From: a virus
Lineage: Duplodnaviria; Caudoviricetes
DNA length: 32,558 nucleotides
Strand: one strand, 5' to 3'
IMG/VR virus record: IMGVR_UViG_3300028293_000018
Location: 1-32,558 of that record
Position numbers and translations under genes: made by a program
The notes under the pieces: generated by a model
Databases searched by the model: none
What the model was told of the DNA's origin: nothing
The model's input: only the letters and a program-made list of their open reading frames with translations
Shown: positions 27,134 through 32,558 of the stretch, piece by piece
Layout: each line of letters opens with the position of its first letter
Position numbering within the stretch: the stretch's first letter is position 1

Positions 27134-27550
27134 ATGATGAAGATAGGAAAAGAAGTTGAGGGGAGGTTTCGGGGCATTCCTACCCTTTTTATGAATGCGT
27201 CGGAGTTCTTGAATCCGAAGAAAGCTGATAAGGCTGAACGCTATTTTCACATGTGTCGTCAGGTCTACATCAGTGACCTTAGAAATGTAATCAGGTTGAA
27301 TCGCGACTTGCGACTTAAGAAATGGGCCAAAGACATGATCGTGACAGTTGAAGTGTCACACTTGCCGATTGTGCCACCAGATGACGTGAATATTATTTTG
27401 CAGCTTGCGGTTGACCCTGCGTTCAGGCATTTGCGTCTTGATGACCAGATTAAGATCGAGTCAGAGAAACTCAGAGTTTACACAGTGACAGTTCGACAGA
27501 TGGTTGAAAGCTACCCGAGTGAGTATGAAGACGACAAGGTGATCGAATGA
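27134..27550 (+). CDS. Hypothetical protein with a QueE-like N-terminus but no radical-SAM motif
   Basis: RBS AAGGAG. EVEGRFRGIPTLF resembles the QueE QGEG..xGxPxxF motif. No CxxxCxxC; only one Cys in the protein. Confidence 0.6.
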   Translation: MMKIGKEVEGRFRGIPTLFMNASEFLNPKKADKAERYFHMCRQVYISDLRNVIRLNRDLRLKKWAKDMIVTVEVSHLPIVPPDDVNIILQLAVDPAFRHLRLDDQIKIESEKLRVYTVTVRQMVESYPSEYEDDKVIE

Positions 27551-28671
27551 TCTACTATGTGCCAATCGAACCACTCAAAGAACGATACACAGAGTCATGG
27601 TATCGCAACATTCAGGCATTCTTTGTTAAGAATGCAGACACGCGTGTGCAGCGAATCGAAGGCGCAGCACTAAGCAACACCATCAAGGTTGGGACGTTTC
27701 TTGATGTGAACAGCACCGTTCACTATAAGATGACGCAGTTGCAGTACATTGCCAGTTTGTTTTATGGAGGTTTTGTTAAAGACGGTGACTGGTTCTTCTT
27801 TGGTGACATTGAATTTTGGGGAATCGAGTCGGTGCGGCTGATGGCGCAGTTGAACAATGTTCGGATTCGGATATTTGGGTTCTTGCACGCAGCCAGCTAC
27901 ACCCACATGGATGCGTTTGCAGTTGCAGAGCCTTATCAGAAGTACACTGAGTGTGGATGGATTGCGGCATGTGATGAAGTGTTTGTGGGAAGCAAATACC
28001 ACAAGCGGGCAGTTGTCTCACGCAGGCTGCAACGTTATGCGAAGAAAGACGCCAACTTGCTGGCTGATAAAATCCATGTTACCGGCAATCCCATGTTCAA
28101 GGAAGACTATGAAAATTGGTCAGCCACAGAAGTACCAAAGAAACGACAGATCATCCTGCCAAACCGTTTTGACACTGAAAAAGGTTTTGGGGAGTCACTG
28201 TACTTTGCACAGGTGCTGAAACATAAAGACCCGACCATCAACATTGTTGTGTGTTCACCTCACCAACAGATCAAAACAAACAGACAATTCAACGCTGATA
28301 TGGTTGCGAAGTTAGCAAAAGATCGGGTGATTGATCTCAGGCTGGGTGTGTCGAAGGAAGAATACCATCGCCTTCTTGCGGAGAGCAAAGCAATGTGGTC
28401 GATGACGCAGGAAGAGAACTTTGGTTACTGCGTTGCTGAGGCGTGTCTTTACAACTGCACCCCGGTTATCCAGAACATGTTTAGCCATCCTGAACTTGTG
28501 CATGACCACTCCGCATGTTTGTGGGATAGCCATGATGCAATTATACCAATGACTCTTTCTGCGTTAGAGATGCAAGATACTTTTGCTGTTCGCGAATTTG
28601 CAACGAAGTATTTCAAGTCGATGGATCGAATTTGGGATGTGATGTGTAGATACGCTGAGGAGGACTGGTAA
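27547..28671 (+). CDS. GT-B fold (GT4-like) glycosyltransferase
   Basis: PNRFDTEKG and the ENFGYCVAEA (ExFGx4E) donor-binding motif; 374 aa. Confidence 0.88.
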   Translation: MIYYVPIEPLKERYTESWYRNIQAFFVKNADTRVQRIEGAALSNTIKVGTFLDVNSTVHYKMTQLQYIASLFYGGFVKDGDWFFFGDIEFWGIESVRLMAQLNNVRIRIFGFLHAASYTHMDAFAVAEPYQKYTECGWIAACDEVFVGSKYHKRAVVSRRLQRYAKKDANLLADKIHVTGNPMFKEDYENWSATEVPKKRQIILPNRFDTEKGFGESLYFAQVLKHKDPTINIVVCSPHQQIKTNRQFNADMVAKLAKDRVIDLRLGVSKEEYHRLLAESKAMWSMTQEENFGYCVAEACLYNCTPVIQNMFSHPELVHDHSACLWDSHDAIIPMTLSALEMQDTFAVREFATKYFKSMDRIWDVMCRYAEEDW

Positions 28672-28712
28672 GAACAAGATGAAACAAAACATGCTGCTAA
28701 CCGGAGGGAACT

Positions 28713-29126
28713 ATGTACGTAGTCGTGGTCGGAAGTCGGGAATGGGCGGGGGATTGGGCGCATTTGCAGGTGACGCAGTTGCTCGAAGAACTGCGACAAA
28801 AGTATTCGGGCTTGGTGGTAATCTCATCAAGCTGTGACCAGGGGGTGGGCTATATCGTTAAGCAGTACTGTTTGAAGGATCGCGTTACATTTCAGTTGAT
28901 CGAGTTTTATGCAAAGGTGTTCGCGAAGCTACCTAGGTCGAAACTGGCTCAGGTGTTTTATGCACGCAATCGAGCACTAGCGGCAATCGGTGAAGAGTTC
29001 CATATTTTCGTGGATGAGAGTCGGCGTGGAGCAATGGAGGATCTTGTGGATGTTGTAAAGGCAGAGAATCGCCCGCACACAGTTCACATGCCTAACCGTA
29101 CTCTGAAAGCGAGCCCAACAACGTGA
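28713..29126 (+). CDS. SLOG-superfamily (YspA/DUF2493-like) protein
   Basis: VVVGSREW, SSCDQGV, YARNRAL, SRRG pattern; GGAGG RBS. Confidence 0.65.
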   Translation: MYVVVVGSREWAGDWAHLQVTQLLEELRQKYSGLVVISSSCDQGVGYIVKQYCLKDRVTFQLIEFYAKVFAKLPRSKLAQVFYARNRALAAIGEEFHIFVDESRRGAMEDLVDVVKAENRPHTVHMPNRTLKASPTT

Positions 29127-29860
29127 ACTACCCAATGGTGTTGAACAACGACCGTGAGTTGATCGATGCATTTTCAAAGTACTGGTACAACAAAGGCCAG
29201 TTGCAGTTAAGAATAGGAGGTGACGATCCTCACGGCGTTGTCACACAATTGGATGCTCACTATCAAAAGAACTTGATTCAGAAGTGCCCACTCGATCTCT
29301 GGATCTATCAGGAGATTTTGTGGGAGTGCAAACCAGACCTCATCATTGAAGGTGGAACGGCATCAGGGGCGTCGGCAAAGTTTCTTGCTGACACTCTAGA
29401 CCGCGTGGCAAGTGAAGAGCGAAACAACGATCAGTATTACAATCCCTCTGTTTCAACAATTGATATTGGCAATCGATTGGGAACTGTACCGAAACATCAA
29501 CGCATTACCTACTATGTTGGCAGTACTCTTTGGGTAGGGATTCTGATGGACATGAAACGTGACATCGATAACATTGAATCATTTCTAGGACGAACGCCGC
29601 GGGTGATGGTGATCTTAGACGATGACCATTCAACAGGGCATGTGTACAAAGAGTTGAAAGAGTATTGGAAGTTTGTCACCAAAGGACAGTACTTGATTGT
29701 TGAAGATACCAACGTCGATCATCCACTTGGCTTTGGTGATGGACCAGGTAAGGCTGTTGCAGAGTTTTTGCGGAACAACGACTGCTTTGAAGTAGATCGA
29801 ACACGTGAAAAATTCTTGATGACATGGAATCCGGGCGGTTACCTAAGGAGAGTGCGATGA
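29123..29860 (+). CDS. CmcI / rhamnosyl O-methyltransferase-family SAM-dependent methyltransferase
   Basis: QKCPLDLWIYQEIL...KPDLIIEGGT, VMVILDDDH, YLIVEDT, GPGKAV, TWNPGGYLRR. Confidence 0.9.
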   Translation: MNYPMVLNNDRELIDAFSKYWYNKGQLQLRIGGDDPHGVVTQLDAHYQKNLIQKCPLDLWIYQEILWECKPDLIIEGGTASGASAKFLADTLDRVASEERNNDQYYNPSVSTIDIGNRLGTVPKHQRITYYVGSTLWVGILMDMKRDIDNIESFLGRTPRVMVILDDDHSTGHVYKELKEYWKFVTKGQYLIVEDTNVDHPLGFGDGPGKAVAEFLRNNDCFEVDRTREKFLMTWNPGGYLRRVR

Positions 29861-30108
29861 GTTATGAGTTCAAAGGGCCAGGCAAAGTGTACTTCTATCC
29901 GTCGAAGGATGGGAAGTCGTTGTTGATTGAGGATGCAAGAGTAGATCAGTGGCCAACTCCAGCGAATGGTGATGAACTGATTGTTCGCTTCACTGACAAA
30001 ACCAATGAGCAAGGGCCAGTCCCGTGCATTCTGCGATCAAAAGAAATACCGTACATGTACATTGAAGTTGATCGAAAGGCGTTAGAAGGAATCAAGGCAG
30101 TGAAATGA
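29857..30108 (+). CDS. Hypothetical protein
   Basis: AAGGAG RBS; ATGA overlaps at both ends. Confidence 0.7.
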   Translation: MSYEFKGPGKVYFYPSKDGKSLLIEDARVDQWPTPANGDELIVRFTDKTNEQGPVPCILRSKEIPYMYIEVDRKALEGIKAVK

Positions 30109-30560
30109 AAGCCATACACACAGTTCTGCGGATCATCATTGTTTGTGGGCTAGTGTGGCTGGCCTACACGCGGTACAAGGTATATCAGATTGACAAGCAA
30201 GCACAGCAAGAACACGACCAGGCCGTTATCGATGAAATCACTATCGAAGAACAGAGGGATGCGGTTACTAAAACTTTTCAAGACTTCAACGCAAACCAGC
30301 GGCGAGCATACCAAGAGTCTTTGAAGAAACATGACAGCACCCAACCAATCGGTCCGTGTCAGTGGGGACAGAAGCGGTCACTGAATGGCGATGTGATGCA
30401 AAGCTACTCGTGCTCGGATGATGGCGTGCATATAAAGCAGCATGGTTTTATAGTTCAGTACGAACGCTACCGGCCAGAGTTCTATGCTTACAACAATGTT
30501 AAAGGCGGCAAAGACTTCAGCAAAGAACAGGAGGCGCGATCATGGGTGGAACAGAAATAA
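30105..30560 (+). CDS. Membrane-anchored hypothetical protein
   Basis: N-terminal TM helix, coiled coil, two Cys in the C-terminal domain. Confidence 0.7.
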   Translation: MKAIHTVLRIIIVCGLVWLAYTRYKVYQIDKQAQQEHDQAVIDEITIEEQRDAVTKTFQDFNANQRRAYQESLKKHDSTQPIGPCQWGQKRSLNGDVMQSYSCSDDGVHIKQHGFIVQYERYRPEFYAYNNVKGGKDFSKEQEARSWVEQK

Positions 30561-30790
30561 AGGAAGGGCTGTTGCAGTTCCACGAAAGACCAAACCCCGG
30601 GCGGAAGACAAAAGTATGGACAGTGTATACCAAGATCAGTATAGATGCGCTGGGAGCAGTGATTTGGTTTACGCGTTGGCGGAAGTACACATACGAATCC
30701 AACCATGACATTGTTTACGATGAGAATTGTCTAAGGGAGATCGCCGACTTCATCGAGCAGCAAACGAAAGAGCACAAGAGAAAGAAATGA
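30542..30790 (+). CDS. Hypothetical protein
   Basis: GGAGG RBS; IWFTRWRKY...CLREIADFI. Confidence 0.65.
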   Translation: MGGTEIKEGLLQFHERPNPGRKTKVWTVYTKISIDALGAVIWFTRWRKYTYESNHDIVYDENCLREIADFIEQQTKEHKRKK

Positions 30791-31320
30791 GCCAGTGGTC
30801 CGCTGCCGAAGTTTTTTTCACTGTCGTCTCCGCTTTTGTGTGGATTGGCGTGCTAGGCAAGGGCATCGAAATCATTTGGGGTACTGTGAGAGACAGAAAG
30901 AGGCAGAAAGATCAAGAGGTAGAACTAGTACCGCTGTCCACGATTCCAGCAACAAGTGGCGAAACTGTCATATTAGGGCCCACAGGAAAATTGCATGCAC
31001 AGTATACGAAGGACAAACCAGTGGCAGACACAATAAAGATGAAGCCAGGCATGACCGGAGTCGGAGAACTAATCAAGACTCAACTAGAGCAAGGAACAGT
31101 AGTGGCCAACGTGATGTTAACCACAGCATCAGTGCCGAATTACTATCCGCCGCCACCGAACTATTATCACACAACCAATTCTCCTAACCAATTGATGCCA
31201 GCTGGGTTTATAGTAACCGGAGAACCGCTCCCGGTAAGTTATAACGAGAAAATGGACAAGAAAGAAAAGCAGAAGCCGCTCAACACCAACGTCGAACGAA
31301 AAGTTGAAGAGGATGTATGA
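30787..31320 (+). CDS. Membrane-anchored hypothetical protein
   Basis: ATGA overlap; N-terminal TM helix; Pro-rich PNYYPPPPNYY. Confidence 0.7.
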   Translation: MSQWSAAEVFFTVVSAFVWIGVLGKGIEIIWGTVRDRKRQKDQEVELVPLSTIPATSGETVILGPTGKLHAQYTKDKPVADTIKMKPGMTGVGELIKTQLEQGTVVANVMLTTASVPNYYPPPPNYYHTTNSPNQLMPAGFIVTGEPLPVSYNEKMDKKEKQKPLNTNVERKVEEDV

Positions 31321-31697
31321 TAATCAGCCCGCCCAGATGGTGGCAACGGTTGTTCGCGCCGCCATGCGAGTTCCCAATTTCGTATCAAAGACAAGTTTTT
31401 CGTTGTGTGGCAGAGCGTGGCCACCCACTACCGCATCGATCAGTGAAAACCGACTGGGGCTACTCAAAAGACTGGTTAGAGCACGATGGTGACAAGATAG
31501 TGTCGCGGTGTATTCAGTATAAGAATGGGCAGGTAACAAAACTTGAATATCACGATTACACAGTAGGATCATTCGCAGAAAATATTGTAAAGGATCTTCT
31601 CATTCAAGCAACTGAACTGCAGAAAAGGTTGGACGCGGGAAACGAAATAGGAGATTTACTCAGCAAAGCAGTAAAAAAGAAAAGGAGAACGAAATGA
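31317..31697 (+). CDS. Hypothetical protein
   Basis: GAGG RBS, ATGA overlaps, C...C...GH..PH possible metal site. Confidence 0.65.
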   Translation: MIISPPRWWQRLFAPPCEFPISYQRQVFRCVAERGHPLPHRSVKTDWGYSKDWLEHDGDKIVSRCIQYKNGQVTKLEYHDYTVGSFAENIVKDLLIQATELQKRLDAGNEIGDLLSKAVKKKRRTK

Positions 31698-31972
31698 AGA
31701 CAACGTGCGAATGGCTGGTGATGGTTGACGGTGAATGTGTAGCAGAATTTACGGAAATCATAGCAATGAACGACGCAGACCAACAGAAACTTTCAGACTG
31801 GTTGGCAAAAGAAAAGTTCTCATTCTCAATGGTGAACTTGTCAAGCTTGAAAAAGAAAAGCAGCAAAGTCAGTCTTGAGCAATTTCTGATCGATCAGAAG
31901 AGGAGAAGAGGACCGGAAAGAACAAAGGATAGAGCAAAAGGGCAAAAGGCGGAAGCGGTCTTGACGTTATAG
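31694..31972 (+). CDS. Hypothetical protein
   Basis: AGGAG RBS, ATGA overlap. Confidence 0.65.
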   Translation: MKTTCEWLVMVDGECVAEFTEIIAMNDADQQKLSDWLAKEKFSFSMVNLSSLKKKSSKVSLEQFLIDQKRRRGPERTKDRAKGQKAEAVLTL

Positions 31973-32114
31973 GTAAGCGTTGAGAATATCGAGTTGCCTA
32001 CCAAGGTAGTTCGAAGTCATTGTGCAGTCGTTACATTTTGCGTTCGAGTAGAAAGAAAAGTTGAAGTGGTCTGGTTAGACTATAAACGCAAAGTGTAAAG
32101 AGGAGACTGAAGCA

Positions 32115-32288
32115 ATGGCAAAAACACCCGAACCGAACGTTCCTCTCGGAACCAGTCCCAGCCCGAGTATCAATCGAGCAGCGCAAGACTCCGCCAAGAA
32201 TTGGACGCAACACGGCAACAAGGATCCTAAGTCGGCATTGGCGGACAAACACACTGCGAACCCCGTACCCTGCGGTGGCAAGAAGTAG
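32115..32288 (+). CDS. 57-aa hydrophilic protein (not in the ORF track)
   Basis: RBS AGGAG at 32101-32105. Reads MAKTPEPNVPLGTSPSPSINRAAQDSAKNWTQHGNKDPKSALADKHTANPVPCGGKK. Confidence 0.6.
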   Translation: MAKTPEPNVPLGTSPSPSINRAAQDSAKNWTQHGNKDPKSALADKHTANPVPCGGKK

Positions 32289-32292
32289 ACTC

Positions 32293-32465
32293 GCAGCCCT
32301 TCTAAAAGAGTTCCCCGCTCGCCGAACCGCCAGGCTCGTGGCCAGTCAGTTGAATGGCCGAGGCGGGGGACTCGCAAGGGCTGCCAGCCTGACCGACCTA
32401 CAGCGGCAGGCGCAATCTGAGAAGTCAGGAAATGCAACGCTGCGTCGATACGGGCCAGCGTTTTA
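32293..32465 (+). ncRNA. Candidate structured non-coding RNA (family not recognised)
   Basis: Nested stems GCAGCCCTT/AAGGGCTGC, GAGTTCCCCGC/GCGGGGGACTC and GGCCA/TGGCC. Then GCCTG(A)CCG/CGGCAGGC, CTGA/TCAG and AACGCTG/CAGCGTT plus a T-rich tail. Confidence 0.5.
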
Positions 32466-32558
32466 TTCACATATCCGTAAAGAAGCGTGCAAGCGACGCA
32501 AAGCCAATGCCAGCCAATCATAAAACAACGCTCAAAGGCGGAGTGAAACTGCCAAAGA

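Noticed and set aside
22-32521. All minus-strand ORFs in the track
   Set aside because: They lie antisense to well-supported + strand genes or the structured region and show no motifs. The window appears to be transcribed in one direction.
32275-32523. 82-aa + strand ORF over the structured region; SRP/6S/tmRNA identity for that region
   Set aside because: The ORF has no RBS and overlaps a better-supported ORF. The SRP GGAA-loop motif, tRNA-like ends and a tag reading frame are not evident.
1-32558. Alternative genetic code (TAG or TGA recoding)
   Set aside because: Long conserved genes are intact under the standard bacterial code, and both TAG and TGA terminate genes at natural boundaries.
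32507-32558. Possible gene start at the right edge (MPANHKTTLKGGVKLPK...)
   Set aside because: Only 17 codons are visible and there is no clear RBS, so it cannot be supported from this window.

Overview
A 32.6 kb segment that looks like the DNA replication, recombination and DNA-modification region of a large dsDNA bacteriophage. About 50 tightly packed genes all lie on the + strand, many with ATGA/TGATG overlaps. It encodes a nearly self-sufficient replisome: SF2 (UvsW-like) helicase, DnaB-like helicase, Zn-finger/TOPRIM primase, 5'-3' exonuclease, DnaN-like clamp, DnaX-like clamp loader, a UDG-domain/3'-5' exo/family-A polymerase fusion, a gp32-like SSB with a long D/E + poly-K tail, RecA/UvsX, and a single-chain Mre11-Rad50 (SbcD-SbcC) fusion. 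A sigma-factor-like gene is also present. The most striking content is a candidate two-part DNA hypermodification system. Part (i), at 9.2-11.1 kb, is a TGT/DpdA-like base-exchange enzyme, FolE and an atypical QueD-family (LxxxHRHxF) protein. Part (ii), at 26.1-29.9 kb, is a PAPS-reductase-family protein, a PIG-L deacetylase, a QueE-like remnant lacking the radical-SAM cysteines, a GT-B glycosyltransferase, a SLOG protein and a CmcI-type methyltransferase. No canonical QueD, QueE or QueC is in the window. Also present: an accessory insertion of secreted/modular genes with repeated junction sequences (12.3-14.6 kb), a hairpin-rich origin-like gap (about 1.77-2.07 kb) and a highly structured intergenic region that may be an ncRNA (about 32.29-32.47 kb). 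I saw no tRNA, rRNA, CRISPR array or intein. All family calls come from reading motifs by eye, not from database searches.
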